Assembly (NCBI GenBank): GCA_965178125.1
Contig: OZ237773.1
Coordinates: 62,001-126,000 of the forward strand
Length of the DNA stretch: 64,000 bases
Source: Bilabrum cf. latius
Taxonomy: Eukaryota
Reading direction: 5' to 3'
Part shown: piece by piece, positions 25,301 through 38,600 of the stretch
Layout: each line of letters begins with the position of its first letter
Numbering within the stretch: the first letter of the stretch is position 1
Position numbers and translations under genes: made by a program
Notes under the pieces: model-generated
Seen by the model: the letters and a program-made list of their open reading frames with translations, nothing else
Told to the model about the DNA's origin: nothing
Database searches by the model: none

Positions 25301-28300
25301 CGGAACCAGCGCCGCGCGGTAGGTCCTCGAGCTCGCTGCCCACCGAGGTGTGCGCCAGGTACATCTGGTTCTCCTTGTCTCTCTTCTTCCTGCCGCTGTC
25401 AGAGGCAATGATCTTGTTGCTGCTGCTGCTGCTCTCGTCACCACCCCTCGGCACGCGCCTGACATCCCTGAAGAGGTCCTCGTCATCATCATCGTCCTGC
25501 TGCATGGGATTCCGCGCCTGCCACGCCTCGGGCCTGTCGCTTTGCCCACCCTCCGACCCGAACCCGCTGCCGGACCGCCGCACCGGTGTCGTTGGTCTTA
25601 CATCTTCATCTTCTGTTGCGGCACCGGCCCCTGGCTGCGCCTTCTTTCGCGACACCGACGCGGACGAGGCGGCGCTGCCCCGGCGCCCACGCTAGGACGA
25701 AGAATCTGCGGAGCCCCGTCGCCTGCTGGAACGGCTGTGGCGACCCCCGCTGGTTCTGCTCGCGTCTTGTCTGCTCCCCGAGCCGCTACCGTGAAGCAGC
25801 CACTCCTCGGCGGCTGCTATCGCTGCCTGCAGGTCGTCTTTGAGCTGCGTCAGGTGCTTCTTCTTGGCCTTCGGGTACGAGGGATCCGCCGGTTTGCCCA
25901 GGTTCTGCAGCCAGACTCGCTTGTACGAAGCGGCCTTGCCATGGGATGAAGACGATCCGTCCGGAGCCGCAATGGGGGCTGAGTACGTCCGCTCAACGGA
26001 CAATTCCAGCGCCGTCCCGGTCCAGCTGGACGACCATCCGTCTGGATCCGTCCCTCCCGACGAGCGCCTCCTTTGGCCATCTTTGGATCCTGGCCGACGC
26101 CGGGGTGTCGTACTGCGGCCGTGAATCGCCCCATCACTCGTCACACCTTCCTTTGGGGAGGCGGCTCCTCCGTTTGCGGCCCCTCCTGCCTCTGTCCGGG
26201 CGGCGAGTGCCTGCGCCAGCATGGACAGCCGCTCGCATACCACGGCGACTGCCTTCCTCGCCTTGACTTCCTGCTTGCTCATGCCGCTGTTACGGTCTCC
26301 CCCAAGCAATCGCTGGGTGAGAGCCAGGGCGCTGGACCCCGCCTGGTGTTTGGCAGCCTCTGCGGCTGCGATGGAGTGCACGAGCTGCCTTCCCTGGCTG
26401 GGCCCAGCCACCTAATAACGGGGAGCCTGCGCCCCGAGAGCAGCGTGATCATCATGTGCTTGTGATGGCAGCGCCAGCTGCGTCTGCGCTTTCTTTTCGT
26501 CACCTGACAATTCGCGCGATTTGTTATCGGTGGCTGGCACTGCTCCACCTCCCATCCCGCCTGCCTAGTAGGGCGCAAGTGGCTGCACCTCTCCTTCAAT
26601 GGGTCCCCTTGCTCTTGAGTCTTCACCAGATGCGGGGCTTCTCACTGCAAGATCCGCGGATGGGCGCCTTTGACCACCCGCCATCGGGCCAGGCTGGGTG
26701 TCCAACGCGGACGATCGAGATTCCCTCCCGCCGGACCGGTGGCTGCCTTGGTCTTGGTTGCCGGGCAAAGCATCAGAGCAGGGGTTACCACCGGGGTTAC
26801 TTGCCGTAGCACCCGCTCCACTACCAGCCTGCTCTGATGCCGCACGCAGACCCTTGACTCCACCCATGCCGCTGAAATGGTCGTGCTCCTCGCTGTCAGT
26901 GACCGGCTCCATCTCCATCGCTCGGAGCAGCGCGGCCGCCACCGCAGAGCTACCGCTAGTTTGACCACCGCTAGTTTGACCACCGTAATGCAGGCCGCCG
27001 CCCTCACCAGCAGTCATGTCTCCACCGGTGGGCCAGCCACCCTCGATCCCTCCCGCCTCCGATCCACCGGTGGCCTTCCGTCGTCCTGGCAACGCGCTTC
27101 CCCGACCTGACTGCGCACCAGCCGATGCGCGTCCTTGGTCGGGATGGTGGTCAGAGTGGGCCTCTGTACCGGCCCCGGTCGATTGCTGCTGATGTTGTAG
27201 CTACTGGGTTTCCTGCTGCCCTTGCTACGAGTAGTATTCTCCGGCGCGGCTGAGTGCCCCAAAGGGCCGGGCAAGTGCCACCGCTGGAGCGGACATGCGC
27301 CGACCCCGGATCCGCGTCGGGGGACCGCCGCCTCCGTGTGCGGATCCATCCGGAATCGAAAGCCTTGCGTGCGTGCCCGGGTCCATCAGCGGTCCGCCGC
27401 CCGACATGTGACGAGCGCGCGACTCCCCGGCCTCTAGTAGCACGGCCACGGCTTTGGCTGCCCGCCAGCGCGCCTGCAGCTTGCGAAAGTGCTGACGGGC
27501 AGAGCGGCCATCGTCGTTGTCAGGCGTGCCAGCGCTGCTGGTGCTGTGCCTGCGGTACGGCGGCAGCAGTGCGTGCGCGGCGCCCAGCATGCCGGTTCCG
27601 TCGGCGTGCCTGGAGGCGGACAGCGAGCTGCCCCCCCGGGACACAGTGGCGTCTCGGCGCAGGTCGGCCGCGAGTCGGTCAAACGGACCAACGCTCTCTG
27701 CGGGTTGATCCGATCCCGCAGACCCACGTCCTAGCAGACCAGTGTACCCTGTGGGGGTCGGTTGTCCCCAAGAGGACCTGACTGACGTAGCCGCTGCGCT
27801 GTGAGGCTCCAATGCGGAGCGAGGGTCAGCGTGCGTCTGGCTGTGCTGCCCGTCCTCAGTGACGTCAGCCTGCCAGTGGGCGTGGCTGTGCTCTCCATCT
27901 TCCGTCCAGTCCCCCTGCCAGTGCACGTGAGTCGCGAGCTGCTCGCCCGCTTGCGTCGCATCCGGCGTCGCCCGCTCGCTTCCCTTTGTTGCGCTGTCCC
28001 TGCCCCACCCAGCCGGCGCCGTGCCTGGCCTGGTAGCCTCCTCCATCGCAACCTGCTGTTGCTAGTGCTGCTGGCTCGAGGTGCCCTATGGATAACCCCT
28101 TGTTCGTTGGACCGTTGTTCCCTTGGAGTCCAGCACCCGCCTCTGCCCGATCCTGAGCTGGCCTCCAGCGCGCGCGCGGAACCCGCCCCCGCGGCTGCCA
28201 GCCACTGTGCGAGCGCGCACCGCAGCCGCCCCTGGGGATCGCGACCGGTCCAGCACCTCCCTTTCGCTCCCAGTCGTCACACTTCCGGCGCCTCTGCCAC

Positions 28301-29945
28301 CGCCGAATATGGAGACGGAATCAGCGGCCGGCATGCCTTGACCAAGTCCTTCATCGTGCCCATTTGCGGCTGCATGCTCGGGAACGGCAGCGGCAGCAGT
28401 GGACCTTTGGCTTGCGTGGATGGCCAGCTCTGTGGCGCTCTCCTGCAGCGAGGCAGCCGCGGCTGTTAGACCCCCCCTCATGGGATCAAGGCTCACGGGG
28501 GTTGCAACCGGGCGGCCCCTCACGTCCACCGCTCGTGGCTGCGCCAACCTCCGCTGTGCCGCTGCCTGCGCCTCCTGAGCCGCTGCCCTGTGGGCCACCT
28601 CGGCGGCTGCGTCTGCAAGTGCCTGTGCCCTGGCGGCCCACTGCTTCTCCTTCTCCTCAATCACGGCGCGGGCCTGGGCCTGCGACCGAGCCACTGCAGA
28701 GCGCACCGCAGATGCGACCATGTCGGTGACTAGGCCTGCCGCCAGCGGAGGCATACCCTGCAGCTGCTTCTTCTGGTGCTGGTGCAGCTTTTTGTTGATC
28801 GCTTGTGCCATCGCACCGCCGTGCAATGCACCATCCAAGGGGATCCCCCGCACGCTCCCAAACCCGGTGGGGCTACCATGCGGCGATGCCTCGGACCATG
28901 CCCCTGCCCCTGCTCCGGATGGCTGTCGCTGGTGCCGGCTGCGACGTGACCCAACCCCATGGGAGGATTCCGCCCGACCGCCGGATTGACCACCCTCCCT
29001 ACGATCTTCCGCCCGGGCGGCCCTTCCGGCAGCCGACATCATGTCTGCGGTGAGCCCCTGCGCCATCTCTGCTGCTGTTACCTGCGGCGATGGTGGCGCT
29101 AATGATCCGATCGCCCGCTCCTGTTTGCCTTCCCACGCGCCCGACTCGCCGGTGCCTGGCGTTCCACCATCGTGCAGTGCATCCTCGGGCGCAACGATCC
29201 GTCTGCCGCCCCATCTGGGCGCTGTGCCTCCGTTCCCGGTAGCCTCCATCTTTCGACTCCGAATCCCTCCGATCGACGCTGACATGCCTCGCCCCACCCT
29301 GGAGCCGCTCGCGGGGGCGGTGGGTGGCCTGCCCGCGGAGAAGCCATGCGCACCACCGTGTGATGCACCTCTTGCCTCCCTGGCACTGAGCGGTGCCTCT
29401 GCAAGCAAACCCCGTGTAGGATTGACCGGGTGCATCGCACTGCCCGCGGCTCCGTACCGCGTCCACGCCGGCCGCCGGGCTTTCGGAATCCGGTCCGAGC
29501 CCCCCACAGCTGATCCTGCTCGTTCTGCGAAGCTGCTTCTCGCACTGCTCGCCTCAGCCGTCCAGGCAGATTGTGCGTAATACCCACTAGCGTTTGCAAT
29601 CTCGATCGGTAGCGATGGGCTGCCGTGATCGATTTGGCGACCGTGCATTGCGACGCTGTCGACCGCCAAGACTCGTTGAGGCTGATCATCCGGGAAACCC
29701 GCTGTAGTAGCGCCCTGCCACGCCAATTGAACGGGAGCTTGCTCGTTCGTTACGTATTTCCTGGTGTGCTTGCCGCGATGGTCTAACCCTGACACGGACA
29801 CACTTGGCTCGGCCTCAACTGGTGGATTCCCAACCGCTGCTCTGCGTGCTGCTGCCACACCTCTTGCAAGAGCTGACTTGGGGGGAACAGCGCTTCGGCT
29901 TACTGAGTGTGAGTCATCTCCTTCCAAATGCTGCGATTCAGACAT
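22317..29945 (-). CDS. Very large low-complexity protein with a RING-type zinc finger, about 2542 aa
   Basis: Ten track ORFs are in one frame, joined through 12 TAGs (28086, 28062, 27225, 27201, 26565, 26412, 25692, 25269, 24729, 23784, 22986, 22659). Start MSESQHLEG at 29945, stop TGA 22317. RING motif CLHC..LLREPVQLACGHAVCRRC at about 24084-24155. Confidence 0.8.
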
Positions 29946-30293
29946 CGTAGAAACCCAAGCGACCGCTGCCCTTTTGCAACACAATGCGACCACGCCAAGC
30001 GACCAAAGGAACCCGACTAATATGCACAATCGGCCACAAAGTGATGTATGTACAGTGCTTCGTAGCGAACAATTTGAGCTCTTCTCGTGGCACTGTGGTG
30101 AGAGCATTCATGTTTCCTTTCCGTTGGAGCGGTCGTCGTCACACACACGCACCAGTGGATCCAGGCAGCCCAGCCGAAATCCAGGGTTTATCTAGATCTA
30201 GTGCAACCATCCAGCTGAGTACTACATTAAACATACACGCCGGGACGCGTTGCAATCGCCCTGCTTCCCCTCGTGACGGCCTCCTCGTGCACG

Positions 30294-30720
30294 TCAGTCG
30301 ATTCCCAGCACGGCCCGCTGCACCTTGTCTCTGGGCACGGCCTCCCTCGGCAAGGTTCTCCTGAGCAATCTCTTCCCCTTCTCCAACACTTTGGATGGGA
30401 AGATGCTCCTAGGGAAATAGCTGACGAACTGCACTGCCCTCATTCCGGATGACCCCCTATTGGGGACATCCCCGTGGGGCCAAGCAAACGTCCCACAGGA
30501 TCAGCGAGCCCGCGGGGCAGGGAACCCGTCGGCCCATGGGAGCGAACATTCGATCCACCTTCCTCTTCTGGTCGAAGATGTACCGGTACATCTCAGACGT
30601 TACTCTCTTTTCCAAAAACCTCTCCTTGTACCATTCCTCGTAGTGCAGGCGGAACCCTGGCACGTTGACGTGTCCCCCATCGTCCTCGCCCGGCTCCATT
30701 GGGCGGTCGTAACCATCCAT
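30294..30720 (-). pseudogene. Phytanoyl-CoA dioxygenase (PhyH)-like 2OG-Fe(II) oxygenase, C-terminal fragment with a frameshift
   Basis: DDGGHVNVPGF...VPCPAGSLILWDVCL. Removing one base near 30480 continues the sequence as PHGDVPNRGSSGMRAVQFVSYFPR to TGA 30294. No N-terminal HxD half is visible. Confidence 0.65.
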
Positions 30721-31241
30721 GCTCGTCGCATCGATACCCGTTGGGCTTGACTTGCTTGGCTCGCCTGAGGCGCTAGGCTTGGTGGCAGCGGGGGTCGATC
30801 GTGACATCGTCTTCGATTCTGGTGTGGTTGAGTCTAGCAAGCGGAATGAAACAACGGCTATAGCGGCAGAGGCAGGTGGAGATGGACGAGATGATCGGCA
30901 AGGGCGCACAGAGGCGGAGACAGAGGCGAAGGTTGAGGCGGGCTGCCGCGTGCAGGCAGGCCTAGAGCAGGCGAGGACGCGTGTGAGAGAGGCAAAGCTG
31001 CGGCTAGAGAACGTGTATCACGAAAGTGAGCTTGAGCCGGGAAAGACTTCAGCTAAGCCACCACAGTGAATCACTTTCCTCAAGGTCCCGGCTATAGAAT
31101 TCTAGCCAGTGCAGCTCCAATCCGCCGTCTAAGCATGCATAGTACCGTTGGGTTTTGGCCTGCAGCTGACGATCCACAAAATCTGACCGAGCACCAGCCA
31201 TACATCGTAACTCTATATCTTTCCCCACAATGGCGCCTCGC

Positions 31242-32846
31242 TCACTGGTGGAATCGCCTGTTTCCCCTGCCCATTTGCCTGCGGTTCCCCCTGCCTCCTC
31301 CTCCGCGAGACCCTCCCATGCGTCTGCTCTGCCTCTGCTCGCGCCTCATGCTCCGGGCCATATTTGTAGCATGTGCCTGCCTCGCCCGGCGAGATGCCGC
31401 CTGCTCGACCGCGCTGCTCTGCAGCTCGTCACTCTACTCCTCGTGGGTCTCTTGACTAGGCGTCTACACCAGTGGGCTTCGTTCGTAGAGCGGCCACACA
31501 ACTCGTTGCGTGGGGAATAATAAAGAGCCGTCATCGCGAAAGTACCAGTGTATCGCAAAAATACGGCCATCATCACCATCATCCTCATCCTCAGACGCAT
31601 CGTCAGCATCCTCTACATTCAGCGCCTAGCGACCATCGTCAACAATTGCTCGATCTTCTATGAAGTCATTGAAAGGGTACACCCCGGCTCGCAGCAACAG
31701 TTGGAAAGCGACACGATCAACAGCCTCTGCAGCTTCCCTTGCATGCACGCTCGCCTCCTGCTCGGCCTCCTCTCTAGCCCGCTGACGCCTGATGCTTAAT
31801 TCCTCGAGGTGTGCATGTAGCAGATTCATGCAGGTTTCCAGTATCTAAGTCGAAAGCCCAGATTCAAGTTGCGCCCCGTGGGTCACGGCCCTCAGCACGG
31901 CTCTGGAGGCGCACCTGAGGGCGCCTGCATCGATGGCCGCCATTCGGACACCGTGTGATCCACGCGACACATTTTGAAGAATAACGGCCGCTCTGCGTCT
32001 CAGGCGATTATTGTCACCCTGCAAGGGTGGACCCAGTGCCCGGCAATTCTCGCCGGCAGCCTGCTGAGCGCCCTCAGCATACTCCTAGAAGACCAGTTGC
32101 ACAAGAATGGGAAGCACGCCGCAATCGGCAATAGCCATCCTTGCTACCTCGCTCTCGCCTACCGATAGATTACCCAATGATGCAAGTGCTGCATGAATCG
32201 TAGCTGCATGCACCGCATGAACTGGGTGCGTATCATTGCCTGCCTTGACGATTCTGCAAAGCCCACCGACTATGCCAGAGCTGGCAATCACCTCCCTTAC
32301 CTCGGCATTTCCCTGAGATAGAAAGAGAGCAATATCCACGGCACTATTCCATGCCTAGCCAGTGCTGTCTTCTGTCAGCAGCCTATTCACCGCTGGGACA
32401 ATGCCGGTCACTAGTGCTACCAGCCTGCTTGCATCGTTGTTCAGCGCGGTCAATATCGCACACAGGGCTTGTGCAGCAACAGCAACAATGCAACAATTTG
32501 GAAGCCATAAGAGCTACACAAGCCATGGAATTGACCCGGATTCCATGGCCAGCTAAGCTGATTGTCGGTCACTTTCGCAAGCCTTTCCTAATCCGAACGC
32601 AGCCTCGCATGCATTCCAACTGCTTGACGCGCCTCGAAGTAACTCAGTAATCGCTTTCATCTTCGTTTCAATGCATGCCATGTCATTCGCTGTGTCGATA
32701 GATTCGTCTTTGGAATCAGACTGCCCACGGTCGCAATGCTGGTACCAAAGCTTCTCGATTACTCCACAAGCTTCAAGCCGGTGCGGTTTACTCCCTGCAG
32801 CGGCCTTACTTGTGTCAATATATCTGGTGAACCAATTCGCCTCCAT
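31242..32846 (-). CDS. Armadillo/HEAT-like repeat protein, paralog A (about 534 aa; start tentative)
   Basis: ARM-like segments (EVIASSGIVGGLCRIV, AALASLGNLS...AIADCGVLPILVQL, AAIDAGAL). The frame is open through about 8 TAGs and ends at TGA 31242. Confidence 0.7.
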
Positions 32847-32889
32847 CGCTGACTTCTGGGAATCTTTGAAGTCCGGTACAGCCACGGGA

Positions 32890-33210
32890 CCATGGGGGGG
32901 AAATGATATTCAACTCAAAAGCGCACGCTATTGCGAAACTACATCTAGCACCGAACGTAGGTCCAGGGACCACCTAACCTCACGCTTTAGCTGTAATGGC
33001 GTATGCTGCCTCAGGTCAACCCTGAGGACCCATTTCCTCCTGGTGGGTGTCCGCTGCCGGCAACTCGTACTGGCGCCTGCCCTGGTCCAACCCTGCTTTT
33101 GCGATGGCAACAGCTGTAGCGAGGATGTTGTTTTCGGCTGCCCCTACAGCCAGGCTGGCAAGGTCCTCCAAAACCTCCCTGGCGAGCGCCAGTTTGGCCT
33201 TCGTGTCCTT
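32890..33210 (-). repeat. Diverged dispersed repeat, copy 2 (partner of 8925-9260)
   Basis: The reverse complement shares the colinear blocks listed for copy 1. It translates KAKLALAREVLEDLASLAVGAAENNILATAVAIAKAGLDQG...EMGPQG followed by TGA. Confidence 0.8.
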
Positions 33211-33746
33211 CGGTACAGTGCAGATTCGCTCTAAGCCGCACATGCACTATCGAGCATTGCATCCAAATCCAGAATTCATTTCTCTATGCCTTCATGACCG
33301 GGACCGGGACCGGCGCCCGGCCAGGGACTAGGACGAGTGCAAAGAGGGCACCATGGCTACTTACCTACCACACGGCGCATGTCGCGGACTCGGTCTGGTG
33401 CGCGAAGTCCGACGGTGGACCTGGCAACGGGCACTCACATTGATGCTCATCCCAAAAGGACGTAGGGTCTGATGCCACTAGGGCTACTCCCAAGAGCTAA
33501 TTTTTGACATAATCCACTTCGTATACTGCCGGGGCTACAGCCTTCAGTCCGTAGCCGCTAGAGGTTGCGCTCCTCCGGCAGGAAGGGGAGCGTTTGGAGC
33601 GAACGGGAGGAGATTTGAAGTGGTGGATAATATGATCAGTTGAATTATTGCCCCATGACAAGTGTGCAATATGCTGGACAGTGGCACCAGCAAGCTCACA
33701 TTACGCTGTCAGCTTAGTTGGCCACCCATCACGAGAGTAACCGACA

Positions 33747-35375
33747 TCATTGCATGCATCGACCCCGGCCTCTGTCCCTGCCCCGGGCCCTTTGTACTCC
33801 TCTCTGTGACCGCATTGGCTCGTCTCGCGTCATTCGTGCGCTCATCATGCACGTCCGTGCCCTCCTCTCGAGACGAGCAATGACTTCTTCCCTGTGCTCG
33901 GCTTCTCGCTCCTCTCGGTGCTAATCGCGCTCTAGCATCGTCAAAAAATACTCCCGCCTCTGATTTACATCATGCTCTGATATTCTAGTCTATCGTGCTA
34001 GCAAATAACCAAAAAAATGCATGTGGCGGCGGTCATCATGTGCCGTCATCCCTCCAGGTCCCTGCCACTGCCAGTGACCAAACCTTGCCCAAACCGGAAC
34101 AGAAGATTGCAGGCCGGCCCACGGGTCTGCACTGACGTAACTATCGACCACGCCATCGACCACGCCATCGACCACGCCATCGACCACGCCATCGACCAGG
34201 CCAGCCATGTCGCTGCCCTTTTCAACCTCCTCGTCGGCCAGCTTTGCCTCGAGGAGATTCCTAGACGTTTCCAACGCAATGTTGCAAAGCATGACCCCTT
34301 GACTCGCATCATGCGATGGCCCTTTCTGTAGGAATATGTTTTCTTCCACGATGTCATCGGACCACTCCAAGGCGCCAGCCATAATGGCCGCGAGTCGAAT
34401 ACTGTGGGATCCGCTGGAAACTTGGCGCAGCACTGAGGCGGCCATGAATTGCACCCTGTATGGCTCTGCAGCACTAAGATCGCCCGCTGAATTGGTTTCT
34501 GCCTCGACTGCGTCATTGTGCTATACACAGGCAACAGTCACAGCGGTACCGTGCTTGTGCTGGTGCCGGTGCCTGTGCCTGTGCCTGTGCCGGTGCCTGT
34601 GCCTGTGCCTGTCGCCGGCAAGGAGCTTCACGATGGATGGGAGCACCTCATTGTCGACGATGGCCATGTTTGACAACTCGCTTTCCCGTGCCGTAAGCTC
34701 GTTTAATGCTGCAAGTGCTGCAAATACCGCACTTTCAGGCAGCGCAGGAAGACGAGGATCCCGATCGCAGCCTGCCTTGACGATTCGGCAGAGGCCGCTG
34801 ACAATGCCAGGGCTTGCCATCAGCTGTTTCGCACCAGCCTCTCCCCTTGACAATACAAGGGCTAAACAAGCGGCACTATTGCATGAAATTCCGATGCTGT
34901 CTCCTGTGAGCAGCCTATCCACCGCTGGGACAATGCCGCTCTGTAGTGCTACCAGCCTGCTTGCATCATTGTCCAGCGCGGTCAATATCGCACACAGGGC
35001 TACTGCTGGCATATTTCCAGCTGTCTTACGTTCTTGATACATCATATGAATTAGCAATGGGATTGCGCCAGATTCTATAGCAGTTTGAGCTGAGGTAATG
35101 TCCTACAAGCAAACCAAGTAGAGGCCGAAGGCAGCCAATCGCGTCACCCTCTCATCTGGTGCGCTCGACAAAATCAGTATGCTATTCATTATCATATCCT
35201 CTAGCTGCAGTGGGTCCTACTTTTGGGGCATTGATGAATCCATGAGGCCAAACCGTCTCCAATATTGCTTGAGAAGCTAACCAATCACCCCTAATACCCC
35301 AGTGTAGTCTACTTGGGCACCATCACTACACGTATGGTTACTTAATATCTGGTACCTTACTCCGTGTGCTCCCAT
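33747..35375 (-). CDS. Armadillo/HEAT-like repeat protein, paralog B (about 542 aa; start tentative)
   Basis: Clear homology to paralog A (ALCAILTAL.NDASRLVAL..GIVPAV.RLL; GIV.GLCRIVKAG). The frame is open through about 6 TAGs and ends at TGA 33747. It carries in-frame microsatellites (HR)n at about 34560-34612 and (GVVD)4 at about 34143-34198. Confidence 0.7.
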
Positions 35376-35640
35376 CGCTATTGACCGTGATTTGTGGTGC
35401 CGAATCTGGGTATTGGCTATTTCGCTTCATCTTCGTTGGGACGGGCTTTAGCCAGTAAAATACTTGGTTGGTCTGCTTGGAGGAATCTCTCGTTTCGAAC
35501 TTGCATACAACGCAGCAATTACGAATTGAGGTTCAGCTGTAGGCTGGACAAGCTAGGCCCACCTCTGGCCAAACACATAGCCCCGGGTCTGCGTCGATAC
35601 AGTGCGACTGCTATCCTAAAAGACTGAGCCAAGCACAGTG

Positions 35641-38600
35641 TCATGCTTCCTGTGCGAACCCGGTAACTGAAGTCGCAGCGGCTGGCTTGCTTCCCGCAGA
35701 TCGGGATCCACTGGCAGGGGAATACGGTGCCGACCTTTCCGCAGCAGCTTTGCTGACACTTGCCACAGCCTTACTCTGGCCACCACACCGCCCGCAGCAT
35801 CCGCACCACGCCAGGCAAGCCCAGGTGAGCGCAACAAGAGCTACAAAGCCGACGGCAATGCCAATCCAAGCCACGGTATCGTCAGTGGGGAACAGCCCGT
35901 CGTCCTCGCCACCCTCGGCTCCATCGCTGTATGGATTGCTCACGAGAGCAACCCCGCTGCCGCTGCTGGATGCGCCTGTACCCGCCGACACGGTTGCGCC
36001 TGCGGGGGCCCCTCCCTCGAACAGCAGCCCACCGACGGCGCTTGCGTCGCTGAGTGCGGCCTGTACCTGCGCCTGCATCAACACACCCTGGGTCGATGAC
36101 TCCACCGGGAACTGCATGTAGACCAGCACCGCAGTGGACTGCATCCGACGAGACGTGCCTTGCGTCGTATCGTCGGTCCCGTCCAGCGACATCCACGCAG
36201 CGGCGTCGTCTGCGTCAACGCTAGTGCCATCGACCGCGTTCTGGATAAGTTGTTGCAGCCCAGTGCACGACACGTGCTCCAGCCCAAGAGAATCGGATCC
36301 GGCAGACAGGGAAATGACTGCCTCCACCACCATATCTGCCGATCGCAGCGTGTCACTGATATCTTGACACGTCTGGGAGTTGTTGTTTGACTCGTCTTCA
36401 TCGTCATTCGCTGGGGGTGCGACAGTGCCCATGCCGCTGGCTGGAGCTGCGAGAGATGGTAGAGAACCGCTGGTAAATATGGGCGTTGCAATGTGTCAGG
36501 AGGGCGGGCGATCTATTTGTCGAGCAAATTGGTCGAGCGTGTGGCGCATCCACTGGCTGCCTCACGAGATGGTGATGGGCTAGACGAGGCCGATGTGGAT
36601 GCACCGGGGCTAGCACTAGCACTAGCACTAACATCAGCACTGGCACCGGCACCGGCACCGGCACCGGCACCGGCACCGGCACCGGCACTGGCACTGGCAC
36701 TGGCACCGGCACTGGCACCGGCACCGGCACCGGCACCGGCACTGGCACTGGCACTGGCACTGGCACTGGCACTGGCACTGGCACTGGCACTGGCACTGGC
36801 ACTGGCACTCGGCGACTGCGAAGCTGTCTCACTCGGGCTGGGGCTGCTGCTCGGACTCGGCGTGGAGCTGGGCTCGGGATTGCCACTGGGGCTCGGGCTC
36901 GGGCTCGCGCTAGCAAACACGTAGTCAAAGAGATCATCGTCACCCCCATCGTTAAGCGCGCTCCCGTCGCAGTTGCTGACCATGAAGGCGCTGATCATGC
37001 CCAGGTCCTCATGCTGGAGCACATGGCAATGCAGCACGTACACGGAGGCGTAGTCGAAGGTGGGCAGCAGAACCGTGGCACCAAACGCAGGCACAACGTC
37101 TCTCCATTCACCGACTCGGAGCACGTTCACGTCTTCGGTCGTGCCAGCAGGCATCGATTCCACCTTCTAGTGGTTAATATGGATGTGGAGAGGGTGGGTA
37201 AACCCGCCGCCTGCACCTCTAGCACCGCCTCCAGCACCGCCTCCACCGGGACCACCACCGGGCGGACCGCCCTGCAGCTGCCGATCAGATCCCGAGCCGC
37301 GGAGCCTTCGGTTCGCTGCACGTCCACCCGCCTGAATCCTGTAGATCTTGTTCACGCACAGCTCGTCGATGTAGCTCTCAGGGTGCTCCCAACCGCCGAA
37401 GGTGGCTCCGTTGATGGCTTCGCGCCCGTCAGAACCGTCTTGTGCGGCCCCAAACGTGAGCTGCGTGACTCCATTCTCACCACCTGCCGTCTCGATTGAG
37501 TCAGATGCGCCGATCTGCAGGTAGTCCGGGAATGGGGCGCCATCAGAGGACCCTGGGACGGCAGGCGCGGGCTGCGTGGTGGCCGTTTGGGCCACGGCAA
37601 CCGACATGACGATGTCCTGCTCGTGCCGTAGGTCCCCTCCCCCAAGGTAGTCGTCGCGGGAGTCGTCCGGCCGAGCTGCGAGCGTCACAGTGCTACCCGC
37701 TGCATTCGCACTGCACTGCAGCAGCACGTCAGCGCGGCCTCCATGGGGCAGCACCACGGCCGTGATGGTGGGGTAGGGCGTGGGCTGGAACACGCCGTCC
37801 CTGGCCAGCAGAGTCATGCTGCATGCGTCTGCGCTTGCGCCCTCTATCTCGAGCTCGATGTACGTGAGGCCCGCAGCGTGCACGAAGCGCAAGAGCTTCG
37901 GAACACCTGGTTCCACTGTGAGCGTGGGCTGGTACTGCCCGTTGACGGTGTAGAAGTTTTGCACCGTCCCCTGCCCCGCGTACACCACGTTCGGGTCCAC
38001 TGGCTCGTCGTCGTGGTCCGCCGACAAAGCGACGTAGTCCACAGTGGCGACTGCGTTGGCGTGGTTGAGGGCGTAGTGCTGCAGGACGAGGACATCCTGG
38101 TGCGTGTCCGTCTCGTAGTAGGTGCGCAGGGCTGCCGGATAGGCGGTCCAGCTGGCGGGTTCCATGATGATGGCCCCCACTGCGGTGCCCTGCACCTGGA
38201 GCGCGGTGCTTCCGTGATTGTGAGGATGCATCCAGTGGGTTCCTGCGAGGTGGGAATCCGCGATGTGGTAGGTCCAGGTGCGGCTCTCCCCTGGTCCAAC
38301 CTGAGTCCACACGTTGTCATCTTCCGGGGCCACGTGTAACCCGTGGGTGTGCAAGTTTGCCCGCTCGGAGCACTTGAATCGGTTTCGGCCGCCGCTCTCG
38401 TCGTCGCAGTCCGGGTTGTTTCCCGGCGGCATGGCGTTCGTGAAGTTGATGGCGCAGGTGGTGCCTGCCTTCATGAGGATTGTTGGGATGACTGAACTCT
38501 GCGATGGTTTGTACCAGTGCAAGCGAAGAGGAGCGACCATGCCGGCTCGAGATAGCTACATTGGTTTCGGGCTCGAGCAATCGGTTTCGTCAATGCCACT

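Noticed and set aside
33358-33510. U1 snRNA-like signals (acttacct followed about 140 nt later by an Sm-like aatttttg)
   Set aside because: The loop I and loop II consensus sequences (GATCACGAAG, CATTGCAC) match poorly, and acttacct is equally a minus-strand splice donor (ag|gtaagt). An Infernal search against Rfam U1 would settle it.
36513-38558. TAGs at 36513 and 38556 as further recoded codons in the oxidase gene
   Set aside because: Both fall inside predicted introns (36447-36565 and 38499-38628), so they were not counted.
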